DNA of 33,164 nucleotides from a virus (IMGVR_UViG_2534681774_000032:1-33164), one strand, 5' to 3'; positions 8,500 to 17,246 are shown, counted from the stretch's first letter. Notes: generated by a model from the sequence alone, not told the origin. Numbers and translations: made by a program.

Positions 8500-9531
8500 A
8501 TGTCTATTAATCCTAAACTTAAGCGTATCGCGCGACGCTATCCAGCGTTATTCCAATATGAGTCCCCCTATATGGCAAGAAAATTAATAATATTCGGCAA
8601 CGGTCTCGGTATGGCTTTAGATCCTGCTCACTTCTCCTTAGACAGAGCGTTGGAAGAAATTTGGCATCGCCCCAATTTTTTAAAAGATATCCACAAGCAA
8701 CTTATCGAGCGTTGTCTTCAGCGGCAAGGTCCACCAGAAGGAGAACATGAGTTGGATACCCTTCACCAGGCTGTCACATATTGTAAAGCTCTTGCTCAAA
8801 TTGGAGAGGGGAACGTGCATTGGCTTACTGAAGATGGACTAAACTTCCCCAAAATTACCGCCACTTATATTCACAAAGTTGCAACCAGGTTGCATAATTA
8901 CGATAAAGGTTTGCCACAAAGATTCGAAAATGCGCTTGTGGAGTTTGTAAAGAACACACACTCACATATCGCGACATTAAACTATGACAAATTATTATAC
9001 AATTCATTCATAGATAATGATATATTCAACGGGTATGATGGGGTTTTAGTTGATGGGATGCTAAGCCACGGATTTTCCTCTGCAGCGCTCGAACGGAAAT
9101 ACAATCGTAGGTTTGGTTATTATTTGCACTTGCATGGTTCACCACTATTTATTAATCAGCATGAAAATGTTTTAAAACTTTCACGCTCACAACTTACTCT
9201 TGACATAGATGAACCTAGTGAGCATATAGTGTTAACTCATATAAAAAGAAAACCGTCAGTTATAGCAGCATCTAATGTTCTTTCTACGTACTGGGATTAT
9301 TTGCAGTTTGCATTATTTGAATCAGAAGAAATAATATTGTTTGGTTACTCTGGTCTCGATATTCACCTTAACCTGCTTATTCGACCTTACCTAACCTCTA
9401 AGCCTTTAAGAGTAATTGAGTGGAGCGGTGCTGGTGAACAAAACGCTCGTGAGATATATTGGAAAAACCAGTTGAGACGGGAAGTTACTGTAATTAGGTT
9501 GGATAACATCACTGATTTTATTGATTGGTAG
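8500..9531 (+). CDS. SIR2-like (SIR2_2/ThsA-type sirtuin-fold) protein, stand-alone, 343 aa; candidate NAD-targeting defence effector
   Basis: Markedly AT-rich gene with a 370-bp AT-rich leader; motifs in typical SIR2_2 order: glycine-rich IIFGNGLGMALD near the N-terminus, TLNYDKLLY, LHLHGSPLF, ILFGYSGLDIH; no adjacent TIR, HerA, pAgo or STAND partner. Confidence 0.6.
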   Translation: MSINPKLKRIARRYPALFQYESPYMARKLIIFGNGLGMALDPAHFSLDRALEEIWHRPNFLKDIHKQLIERCLQRQGPPEGEHELDTLHQAVTYCKALAQIGEGNVHWLTEDGLNFPKITATYIHKVATRLHNYDKGLPQRFENALVEFVKNTHSHIATLNYDKLLYNSFIDNDIFNGYDGVLVDGMLSHGFSSAALERKYNRRFGYYLHLHGSPLFINQHENVLKLSRSQLTLDIDEPSEHIVLTHIKRKPSVIAASNVLSTYWDYLQFALFESEEIILFGYSGLDIHLNLLIRPYLTSKPLRVIEWSGAGEQNAREIYWKNQLRREVTVIRLDNITDFIDW

Positions 9532-9601
9532 CGCAATGCGAAGTTAAAGAGGCAGCCTCATATTTATCAGAGCTGGTGTACGTCCAATACAGGAGGTTAT
9601 C

Positions 9602-9691
9602 GTGCTGGTTCTCAAATGCGCGCTGGCTATTGCGGCTGTAGTGGCAATTTATTGTCTTGCTATTGTTCTTATGGATCGCCTTTCTGATTGA
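9602..9691 (+). CDS. Putative 29-codon hydrophobic (single transmembrane) peptide
   Basis: GTG start 5 nt after a strong AGGAGG; product VLVLKCALAIAAVVAIYCLAIVLMDRLSD; 70 bp downstream of the SIR2-like gene; below ORF-track cutoff. Confidence 0.3.
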   Translation: MLVLKCALAIAAVVAIYCLAIVLMDRLSD

Positions 9692-9902
9692 TTTTATATT
9701 GGCGAGGTGACGGGAGTTAAGTAGAATTGCTGCGGGTGCTTGAGGCTGTCTGCCTCGGGCATGCCACCGTAAGGCAGACAGAGAAAAGCCCCAGTTAACA
9801 TTACGCGTCCTGCAAGACGCTTAACATTAATCTGAGGCCCAATCTATGCTTCACAAACGTAGGTTAGCCTCTTACGCGCCGAAAGGCAAGGAGAAGCAGG
9901 CT

Positions 9903-10058
9903 ATGAAGCAGCAAAAGGCGATGTTAATCGCCCTGATCGTCATCTGTTTAACCGTCATAGTGACGGCACTGGTAACGAGGAAAGACCTCTGCGAGGTACG
10001 AATCCGAACCGGCCAGACGGAGGTCGCTGTCTTCACAGCTTACGAACCTGAGGAGTAA
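9903..10058 (+). CDS. hokD: Hok/Gef-family type I toxin (HokD/RelF-like, 51 aa)
   Basis: MKQQKAMLIALIVICLTVIVTALVTRKDLCEVRIRTGQTEVAVFTAYEPEE matches remembered HokD; RBS AAGGAG; in-frame upstream extension from 9846; structured leader upstream and terminator downstream. Confidence 0.85.
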   Translation: MKQQKAMLIALIVICLTVIVTALVTRKDLCEVRIRTGQTEVAVFTAYEPEE

Positions 10059-10126
10059 GAGACCAGGCGGGGGAGAAATCCCTCGCCACCGCTGATGTGT
10101 CAGGCATCCTCAACGCACCCGCACTT

Positions 10127-10158
10127 AACCCGCTTCGGCGGGTTTTTGTTTTTATTTT
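10127..10158 (+). terminator. Rho-independent terminator downstream of hok
   Basis: AACCCGC-TTCG-GCGGGTT hairpin followed by TTTTGTTTTTATTTT. Confidence 0.65.
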
Positions 10159-10274
10159 CAACGCATTTGAAGTTCTGGACGGTGTCGGAATAGAATCAAA
10201 AATACTTAAGTAGCGCGCAGGGATAAGAGGGATGGTCCCTTAAAGGGGAGAGCTAATTATCCGGAAGGATTCTG

Positions 10275-10526
10275 ATGATGAACATCGAAGAACTGCGTAA
10301 AATTTTTTGTGAAGATGGCCTCTATGCTGTGTGCGTTGAAAATGGAAATATTGTTAGTCATTACCGCATTGTGTGTTTGCGAAAGAATGGGGCTGCGTTA
10401 ATTAATTTTGTGGATGGTCGAGTGACAGACGGATTTATCTTGCGCGAAGGTGAGTTTGTCACTTCATTACAGGCACTGAAAGAGATCGGAATAAAAGCTG
10501 GCTTTTCTGCTTTTTCAGAAGAATAA
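10275..10526 (+). CDS. Small uncharacterised prophage protein (83 aa), Rem-like by position and length
   Basis: 83-aa ORF between hok and the DUF968 gene, the position of rem in Qin; no functional motif recognised. Confidence 0.45.
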   Translation: MMNIEELRKIFCEDGLYAVCVENGNIVSHYRIVCLRKNGAALINFVDGRVTDGFILREGEFVTSLQALKEIGIKAGFSAFSEE

Positions 10527-10592
10527 ACTCATCTACAATCTTGCGCGGGGCTGAACTCCCGCTGAGTAACACCGTGCCGCCGGAGGAAACCG

Positions 10593-10871
10593 ATGGCACG
10601 CAACGCAAAATATTACAATCATGATAATTCGACCGTTCTTGCCCACACGCACGAGCGGTATTCTCACGCATTTAAGTCAGACTGGTACCAGCATCCCCCA
10701 TGCACTGAAGAACAGGCCGAATGGCTCATTCAGTGTTACCGCAGGCGCGGATGCGAGGTTAAAAAAGCCCTTAGCCTCGACTACCGTCACTGGATAATCT
10801 CCGTCGGGCTTCCTTACTCCGAACGCCCACCGCGTCTGTCCCGCACATTCCAGCAACGCATCTGGAGGTAA
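10593..10871 (+). CDS. Hypothetical protein (92 aa), translationally coupled to the following gene
   Basis: Stop at 10871, next gene starts GTG at 10873; cysteine/histidine-rich. Confidence 0.4.
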   Translation: MARNAKYYNHDNSTVLAHTHERYSHAFKSDWYQHPPCTEEQAEWLIQCYRRRGCEVKKALSLDYRHWIISVGLPYSERPPRLSRTFQQRIWR

Positions 10872-10872
10872 C

Positions 10873-11922
10873 GTGCGGGTATTACTTCGACCTGTTCTGG
10901 TACCGGAACTCGGGCTGGTGGTCCTTAAGCCCGGTCGCGAATCACTGCCGGTTTTTCATTGCGGCAGGGTGCTGGTGGAGCCGGAACCGAAAAGCATGCG
11001 CGGTCTGCCGTCCGGAGTCGTCCCTGCCGTTCGCCAGCCGCTGGCGGAGGATAAATCATTACTGCCATTTTTCAGCGATGAGCGTGTGATTCGTGCTGCT
11101 GGCGGCGCTGGCGCACTGTCTGACTGGCTCCTGCGTCATGTCAAATCCTGCCAGTGGCCTCATGGTGACTACCATCACAGTGAAACCGTCATACATCGTT
11201 ATGGTACCGGCGCAATGGTGTTGTGCTGGCACTGCGACAACCAGCTGCGCGACCAGACCTCCGAATCACTCGGGCAACTTGCTCACCAAAACCTGTCTGC
11301 ATGGATGATTGACGTCATACGCCATGCAATGAATGGCTCGCAGGAACGGGAATTATCGCTGGCTGAATTATCCTGGTGGGCGATCCGCAATCAGGTGGCG
11401 GACGCGCTACCGGAAGCGGTATTACGTCGTTCGCTGGGGTTGCGTGCGGAAAAAATCCGCTCAATGTACCGTGAAAGCGACATCGTACCGGGAGAGCAGA
11501 CCGCCACCAGCATACTGAAACAGCGCACAAAAAATCTTGCGCCGCTGCCTCACGCCCACCAGCAACAGAACCCGCCACAGGAAAAGACGGTGGTCAGCAT
11601 TGCTGTTGATCCGGAGTCTCCGGAATCTTTAATGAAGCGACCTAAACGTCGCCGTTGGGTAAATGAGAAATATACGCGCTGGGTAAAGACACAGCCGTGT
11701 GCGTGTTGTGGTAAGCCAGCCGACGATCCCCATCACCTGATTGGTCATGGTCAGGGCGGAATAGGGACAAAAGCCCACGATATTTTCACGCTACCGTTGT
11801 GCCGGGAGCATCACAACGAACTTCATGCTGATCCGCTGGCATTTGAAGAAAAGCATGGTTCCCAGATTGATTTAATTTTTCGTTTTCTTGATCGCGCCTT
11901 TGCAACCGGCGTGCTCGGGTAA
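10873..11922 (+). CDS. DUF968-family prophage protein (YdfU-like) with C-terminal HNH-like zinc-finger nuclease motif
   Basis: 349-aa ORF, same length as Qin YdfU; C-terminal CACCGKPADDPHHLIGHGQGG...LPLCREHHNELH resembles an HNH motif; GTG start as listed in the ORF track. Confidence 0.6.
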   Translation: MRVLLRPVLVPELGLVVLKPGRESLPVFHCGRVLVEPEPKSMRGLPSGVVPAVRQPLAEDKSLLPFFSDERVIRAAGGAGALSDWLLRHVKSCQWPHGDYHHSETVIHRYGTGAMVLCWHCDNQLRDQTSESLGQLAHQNLSAWMIDVIRHAMNGSQERELSLAELSWWAIRNQVADALPEAVLRRSLGLRAEKIRSMYRESDIVPGEQTATSILKQRTKNLAPLPHAHQQQNPPQEKTVVSIAVDPESPESLMKRPKRRRWVNEKYTRWVKTQPCACCGKPADDPHHLIGHGQGGIGTKAHDIFTLPLCREHHNELHADPLAFEEKHGSQIDLIFRFLDRAFATGVLG

Positions 11923-11934
11923 AAGAGGTTACTG

Positions 11935-12294
11935 ATGCGTATAGAGTTTGTTTTGCCTTACCCGCCGACGGTGAACACCTACTGGCGACGTCGTGGCAGC
12001 ACATATTTTGTGTCAAAAGCCGGTGAGCGTTATCGCCGGGATGTGGCACTTATTGTTCGCCAGCAGCGGCTGAAATTAAACCTGTCCGGAAGGCTGGCGA
12101 TAAAGATTATTGCAGAGCCACCGGATAAGCGCCGCCGCGACCTGGACAATATCCTGAAGGCACCACTGGATGCGCTTACGCATGCCGGACTACTTATAGA
12201 CGACGAGCAGTTTGATGAAATCAATATTGTGCGCGGTCAGCTCGTTTCTGGTGGGCGGCTGGGCGTGAAGATTTACAAAATTGAAAGTGAGTGA
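11935..12294 (+). CDS. rusA: Holliday junction resolvase RusA
   Basis: 119-aa ORF with RusA hallmarks: PPTVNTYWRRRG, DKRRRDLDNILKAPLDALTHAGLLIDDEQ. Confidence 0.9.
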   Translation: MRIEFVLPYPPTVNTYWRRRGSTYFVSKAGERYRRDVALIVRQQRLKLNLSGRLAIKIIAEPPDKRRRDLDNILKAPLDALTHAGLLIDDEQFDEINIVRGQLVSGGRLGVKIYKIESE

Positions 12295-12857
12295 GCATAA
12301 ATATGATATACCCGGAAATTACAGGCAAAAGCGGTGAGCATTTACGCCTGAAAACGCTGGAAAGTGTCTGGATCCAGGGGAAACTGCGTATGTGGGGGCG
12401 TTGGTCGTATATTGGCGACGGTAAGACGGGAAATATGTTCAACCAATTACTGACCTCTAAAAAGCTGACAAAAACGGCAATTAACGAGGCGCTCCGGAGG
12501 ATGAAAAAAGCGGGTCTGGACAAACCTGAACTTGAGGCTTTTTTGCGGGATATGATCAACGGCAATCAAAAAAGCTGGCTGGCACATTGTACCGATTCAG
12601 AGGCGTTAATAATCGACAGGGTTATTGGTGAAGTACTGGCAGGTTATCCCGGGCTGCTCAATGTTCTGAGTCAGCGTTATGTGGGGCGGGGGATGACTAA
12701 GCGCAAAATGGCTGAACTGCTGAATGATGCACATCCGGAATGGAGTTTAAGAACCTGTGAAAGACGCATTGAGCATTGGCTAAAGGTGGCAGAATTTATT
12801 TTGTACAAACCAATGGTTATGGCTTTTGGTATAGAGAAAAAAGTTATTGCTTTTTGA
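12291..12857 (+). CDS. Late-gene antiterminator Q-like protein
   Basis: 188-aa ORF overlapping the rusA stop (ATGA), followed by a promoter-like element and short-transcript terminator and then the late region; family call mainly from position. Confidence 0.55.
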   Translation: MSINMIYPEITGKSGEHLRLKTLESVWIQGKLRMWGRWSYIGDGKTGNMFNQLLTSKKLTKTAINEALRRMKKAGLDKPELEAFLRDMINGNQKSWLAHCTDSEALIIDRVIGEVLAGYPGLLNVLSQRYVGRGMTKRKMAELLNDAHPEWSLRTCERRIEHWLKVAEFILYKPMVMAFGIEKKVIAF

Positions 12858-12933
12858 CGTAAAAACTGCTTCAATTCCGGTAAGCTTCGCAAAGCTGTAC
12901 CGCGAGGCGAATAGCAGACATGGACATTTGAAA

Positions 12934-12958
12934 GAGCCCGCTTTTTGCGGGTTTTTTT
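12934..12958 (+). terminator. Rho-independent terminator (tR'-like) about 80 bp downstream of the Q-like gene
   Basis: GCCCGC-TTTTT-GCGGG hairpin followed by TTTTTTT; TTGACG -35-like element at about 12855-12860 could be the late promoter. Confidence 0.5.
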
Positions 12959-13069
12959 ATGACTGAAAAACGGCACGGGGCGTTAAACGCGCTGGTGGTT
13001 GCTAATACCGGTCTTTCAACTTGCTGGCTTTTTCGACAAGAGTTATTGGTATGTCACGTTAACCGGAAA

Positions 13070-13279
13070 ATGGAAAAAGGCATGCTAAAACAGCAGGATA
13101 TGACCGAAACCGCCAGAGTGGTGTTTAATGAATTAAGCGTCACCGAACCGGCGACCGCCGGGGAAATTGCGCAGAACACTTATCTTTCACGCGAACGCTG
13201 CCAGTTAATACTGACCCAGCTTGTTATGGCGGGTCTGGCAGATTATCAGTTCGGTTGTTACAGACGCCTTCCTCAGTGA
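13070..13279 (+). CDS. Hypothetical small protein between the Q-like gene and the methyltransferase (start uncertain)
   Basis: ORF 12959..13279 begins inside the terminator hairpin, so an internal ATG (13070 or 13082) is more plausible; weak RBS. Confidence 0.25.
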   Translation: MEKGMLKQQDMTETARVVFNELSVTEPATAGEIAQNTYLSRERCQLILTQLVMAGLADYQFGCYRRLPQ

Positions 13280-13429
13280 AGGCTTTTTTATTTGTGGTAA
13301 TGGGCGGCTGGTGGGTGTTAGCGGCACCTGCCAGCCATCTGCTCATGCGTTGGGGTCACAAGCAAACCTCAGGCCCATCTGCTTTGCGCAAAAGCGGTAT
13401 GAGCCTATCAGAGAAGTGCTTATTGATCT

Positions 13430-14488
13430 ATGGCTAATACTGTAAAAATATCCAGTTGTGAGTTAATCAACGCTGATTGCCTGGAATTTATCCAGACCTT
13501 ACCGGAAAACTCTGTCGATCTGATAGTCACAGACCCGCCATACTTTAAAGTGAAGCCCGAGGGCTGGGATAACCAGTGGAAGGGCGACGATGATTACCTG
13601 AAGTGGCTGGACCAGTGTCTGGCGCAGTTCTGGCGGGTGCTGAAACCTGCCGGAAGTCTTTACCTGTTCTGTGGTCATCGCCTGGCATCTGATATCGAAA
13701 TCATGATGCGTGAACGCTTCAGTGTGCTGAACCATATTATCTGGGCGAAGCCGTCCGGACGCTGGAACGGATGCAACAAGGAAAGCCTGCGGGCGTATTT
13801 CCCCGCCACAGAGCGCATTCTGTTCGCGGAACATTATCAGGGGCCGTATCGTCCGAAAGATGCCGGGTATGCGGCGAAGGGCAGTGCACTGAAACAGCAT
13901 GTGATGGCCCCGCTGATTTCTTACTTTCGTGATGCGCGCGCGGCCCTGGGGATAACGGCAAAACAGATTGCAGATGCCACAGGAAAGAAAAACATGGTGT
14001 CGCACTGGTTCAGTGCCAGTCAGTGGCAGCTACCGAACGAAAGCGATTATCTGAAATTACAGTCGCTGTTTGCCCGGGTGGCAGAAGAGAAACATCAGCG
14101 GGGAGAACTGGAAAAGTCCCATTACCAACTGGTCAGCACATACAGTGAGCTGAACCGGCAGTATATGGAACTGCTGAGTGAATATAAGCATCTGCGGCGG
14201 TATTTTGGCGTGACGGTGCAGGTGCCGTATACCGATGTGTGGACGCATAAACCGGTGCAGTTCTATCCCGGGAAACATCCGTGCGAAAAACCGGCAGAAA
14301 TGCTGCAGCAGATAATCAGCGCTAGCAGTCGTCCGGGTGACCTGATTGCAGATTTTTTCATGGGGTCGGGTTCGACAGTGAAAGCGGCACTGGCGCTCGG
14401 GCGTCGTGCAATTGGCGTTGAGCTGGAGACTGAACGTTTTGAGCAGACGGTTCGGGAAGTACAGGATTTAGTCAGCCAGAACGGATGA
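13430..14488 (+). CDS. DNA N6-adenine/N4-cytosine methyltransferase (beta class)
   Basis: 352-aa ORF with DPPY catalytic motif near the N-terminus and FFMGSGST AdoMet-binding motif near the C-terminus. Confidence 0.9.
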   Translation: MANTVKISSCELINADCLEFIQTLPENSVDLIVTDPPYFKVKPEGWDNQWKGDDDYLKWLDQCLAQFWRVLKPAGSLYLFCGHRLASDIEIMMRERFSVLNHIIWAKPSGRWNGCNKESLRAYFPATERILFAEHYQGPYRPKDAGYAAKGSALKQHVMAPLISYFRDARAALGITAKQIADATGKKNMVSHWFSASQWQLPNESDYLKLQSLFARVAEEKHQRGELEKSHYQLVSTYSELNRQYMELLSEYKHLRRYFGVTVQVPYTDVWTHKPVQFYPGKHPCEKPAEMLQQIISASSRPGDLIADFFMGSGSTVKAALALGRRAIGVELETERFEQTVREVQDLVSQNG

Positions 14489-14528
14489 TATTGAAGAATT
14501 AATTACGCGTCGTTATTATGCGGCTCCC

Positions 14529-14604
14529 GGCCCTTTAGCTCAGTGGTGAGAGCGAGCGACTCATAATCGCCAGGTCGCTGGTTCAAATCCAGCAAGGGCC
14601 ACCA
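14529..14604 (+). tRNA. ileZ: tRNA with anticodon CAU (Ile2/Met type; ileZ of Stx-type phages)
   Basis: 76-nt cloverleaf: acceptor GGCCCTT/AAGGGCC, D-arm GCTC/GAGC, anticodon loop CTCATAA, T-arm GCTGG-TTCAAAT-CCAGC, 3' CCA encoded. Confidence 0.85.
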
Positions 14605-14611
14605 TCACATA

Positions 14612-14688
14612 CCGCTATTAGCTCATCAGGATAGAGCGCCAGCCTTCGAAGCTGGCTGCGCGGAGTTCAAGTCCCCGATGGCGGTCCA
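14612..14688 (+). tRNA. argN: tRNA-Arg (anticodon UCG)
   Basis: 77-nt cloverleaf; anticodon stem CCAGC/GCTGG with loop CTTCGAA; acceptor CCGCTAT/ATGGCGG (one G-U pair); 3' CCA encoded; T-stem has one mismatch. Confidence 0.75.
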
Positions 14689-14701
14689 TTATCTGCATCA
14701 T

Positions 14702-14778
14702 GCGTTGTTAGCTCAGCCGGACAGAGCAATTGCCTTCTAAGCAATCGGTCACTGGTTCGAATCCAGTACAACGCGCCA
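14702..14778 (+). tRNA. argO: tRNA-Arg (anticodon UCU, rare AGA/AGG codons)
   Basis: 77-nt cloverleaf; acceptor GCGTTGT/ACAACGC; anticodon stem ATTGC/GCAAT with loop CTTCTAA; T-arm ACTGG-TTCGAAT-CCAGT; 3' CCA encoded. Confidence 0.85.
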
Positions 14779-14792
14779 CACTTATTTTCCCT

Positions 14793-14817
14793 GGCTCGCT
14801 TTTGCGGGCTTTTTTTT
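14793..14817 (+). terminator. Rho-independent terminator after the tRNA cluster
   Basis: GGCTCGC-TTTT-GCGGGCT hairpin (two G-U pairs) followed by TTTTTTT. Confidence 0.5.
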
Positions 14818-15266
14818 AAATGTCTCACAATTCAGACGGTTGACAGTTGTCTGTTTTGCGGGGAGTTTGTTAAAAGAAACTGGCATGGTGAATCCCCCTG
14901 TGCGGAGGGGCAATCAGCGAGTAGGTATATGGGATAATCGCGGATTCAGGTGCTGGTACTGAATTCACCGGGAGGCACCCGGCACCATGCAATGGCACAT
15001 AGCGCCACTCTCCAGCCCCTCTCCGGAGGGGCTTTCTTATGGACAAAAAAAGCCCGCGCTGGGAGACGCGGGCGGCAAGGAATAAACAACAAAACGTGAA
15101 GTAATATTTCAGCTGGCGAATAATATCCGACAGTAATCACTCTGCGCAATAGCGCGGCCTTTTTCGTATTGCGGGCTGTTGTCTCTCTTCTGCCATTGTC
15201 CTGTAACTTCCGGACTTCAGCCCGCTCCTCATTTTACTCACAATATTATCCCGGCCGGGAGGATTC

Positions 15267-17129
15267 ATGGCATTTAAACACTATGATGTTGTCAGGGCGG
15301 TATCGCCGTCAGACCTTGCTGATGCACTTGCTCAAAAAATTCGTGAAGGATGGCAACCATACGGCGGGCCGTTTTCTTCGTATACGGATGATGGCGCAGC
15401 ACTTATTCAGGCGATTGTCGCAGAAGGTGATGTGGTCGTCAGTGGTGCAACTGAGCCGGAGTGGTACTACGTCATCGTACTGGCCGGGCAGTCTAATGCC
15501 ATGGCTTACGGTGAAGGGCTTCCGCTTCCGGATTCATACGATGCGCCCCATCCGCGCATTAAGCAACTGGCCCGTCGTAACACAGTGACTCCCGGTGGTG
15601 AAGTATGCGTATTTAACGACATCATTCCTGCTGACCATTGTCTGCATGATGTTCAGGATATGAGTACGATTAATCATCCCCGGGCTGACCTGAGCAAAGG
15701 GCAGTACGGCTGTGTCGGACAGGGCTTACATATTGCCAAAAAACTGCTTCCGTATATCCCTAATAATGCGGGGATCCTGCTGGTACCATGCTGTCGTGGT
15801 GGTTCGGCATTCACCCAGGGCACGGAGGGGACATTCAGCGAGTCCACGGGGGCCAGTCAGGATTCGGCTCGCTGGGGAGTGGGTAAGCCGTTATATCAGG
15901 ATCTGCTTTTCCGCACGAAGGCAGCATTGCAGAAAAACCCGAAAAACGTTTTGCTGGCGATATGCTGGATGCAGGGGGAATTCGATATGACGAATGCCAG
16001 TTACGCCCAGCAGCCAGCAGCATTTCTTGCAATGGTACAGCAGTTCCGTGCTGACCTTGCCGGGCTGGCGGCGCAGTGTCACGGTGGAAGTCCGGCATCA
16101 GTCCCCTGGATTTGTGGCGACACGACATACGCGTGGAAACAAGAACACGGTACGCAATATGAAGTGGTATATGGTGCATATAAAGGTAAAGAATCCCAGC
16201 AGATTTATTTTGTTCCCTTTATGACCGATGGTAGCGGAGTTAATACACCGACAAACAACCCGTCAGAAGATCCTGATATTGTCGGGTCTGGTTATTACGG
16301 TTCGGCATCCCGAACGAACAAAAACTGGGTATCATCAAATCGCCCGACGCATTTCAGCTCATGGGCGCGTCGTGGCATTATTCCCGATCGTATGGCAACC
16401 GCTATTCTGAACGCAGCCGGGCGCACCTCAGCCTTCATTAGTGGTAAGGCACCGGAAATCAAACCCTCGCCCGGCGGCGACACGCCATCGGGGCCGTCTG
16501 AAGATGCATCCATACGCACAATCTCCCTGTTGCCGACAGCCGGAGACGCTGCTGCGCAGGGCTGGAGCATTAAGAATGGCGGAATTCAGTTGTCAGATGG
16601 TGTATTTAAGATCACCAAGCAGAGCAATAAAGCTTGGTCCCTGACGCGCCCGGTGGATGACGCAGTCTCCCTGCTGACACGGGGTGGCAGACTGAGCTGT
16701 AAGTTTCGCCTGTCAGGCGCACTGACCAACAACCAGTTCGGTCTGGGAATTTATCTGTATACCGATGTAGCGTTACCTGACGTCGTGGCGATGACCGGGA
16801 CTGGTAACCCGTTCCTGATGTCGTTCTTCACCCAGACCACAGACGGCAAACTGAATCTGATGCATCACAAGAAAGCAGGAAACACAAAGTTGGGCGAGTT
16901 CGGGAATTACAGTAACGACTGGCAGACGCTGGAGCTGGTGTTCACCGCCGGCAGTGCCACGGTTACTCCGAAACTGAATGGAGTGGCTGGCCCGGCATTC
17001 CAGGTCATAAAAGACAGTCTGACAGTGGGACTAAATGCACTGACGCTGACGGATATTACCAAAAATGCAACGTATGGCGTTGAGATAGAAAGTCTGGTGC
17101 TGGAGATAAATGCACCGGCATCATCATAA
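15267..17129 (+). CDS. nanS-p: Prophage sialate O-acetylesterase NanS-p-like protein (SGNH hydrolase domain)
   Basis: 620-aa ORF with GQSNAM catalytic-serine motif; sits where Stx phages carry nanS-p immediately downstream of stx, before the lysis cassette. Confidence 0.8.
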   Translation: MAFKHYDVVRAVSPSDLADALAQKIREGWQPYGGPFSSYTDDGAALIQAIVAEGDVVVSGATEPEWYYVIVLAGQSNAMAYGEGLPLPDSYDAPHPRIKQLARRNTVTPGGEVCVFNDIIPADHCLHDVQDMSTINHPRADLSKGQYGCVGQGLHIAKKLLPYIPNNAGILLVPCCRGGSAFTQGTEGTFSESTGASQDSARWGVGKPLYQDLLFRTKAALQKNPKNVLLAICWMQGEFDMTNASYAQQPAAFLAMVQQFRADLAGLAAQCHGGSPASVPWICGDTTYAWKQEHGTQYEVVYGAYKGKESQQIYFVPFMTDGSGVNTPTNNPSEDPDIVGSGYYGSASRTNKNWVSSNRPTHFSSWARRGIIPDRMATAILNAAGRTSAFISGKAPEIKPSPGGDTPSGPSEDASIRTISLLPTAGDAAAQGWSIKNGGIQLSDGVFKITKQSNKAWSLTRPVDDAVSLLTRGGRLSCKFRLSGALTNNQFGLGIYLYTDVALPDVVAMTGTGNPFLMSFFTQTTDGKLNLMHHKKAGNTKLGEFGNYSNDWQTLELVFTAGSATVTPKLNGVAGPAFQVIKDSLTVGLNALTLTDITKNATYGVEIESLVLEINAPASS

Positions 17130-17214
17130 AAAGTGAGCCAGTCAAATGGAAGGTATCGTTAAACTCACCGGTAGTGTCAGTGGGTCGTCTGAGACGCCTG
17201 CATGAGTTATCAGA

Positions 17215-17246
17215 GCCATCAGTACTTAACTGGTGGCTTTTTTATT
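17215..17246 (+). terminator. Rho-independent terminator after nanS-p
   Basis: 8-bp stem GCCATCAG/CTGGTGGC, loop TACTTAA, followed by TTTTTTATT. Confidence 0.55.

Noticed and set aside
9846-9902. In-frame upstream extension of hok, listed as the start of a 70-aa ORF
   Set aside because: The toxin itself is the 51-aa product from ATG 9903 with a good RBS; the extension may reflect a mok-like regulatory reading frame but was not annotated as a separate protein
14946-15149. 67-aa minus-strand ORF between the tRNAs and nanS-p
   Set aside because: Overlaps strong hairpins/terminator-like structures, no RBS, Arg/Pro-rich; judged noncoding
14779-15266. Shiga toxin genes (stxA/stxB) expected downstream of the ileZ-argN-argO tRNA cluster
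   Set aside because: Only about 490 bp separate the tRNAs from nanS-p and no ORF of suitable size or signal-peptide character is present; this prophage is stx-negative in this window
15712-16644. Alternative-frame ORFs inside nanS-p (15712..15990, 15835..16179, 15994..16224, 16295..16570 and others)
   Set aside because: Embedded in a long, well-supported coding frame; Arg/Pro/Cys-rich composition typical of off-frame artefacts
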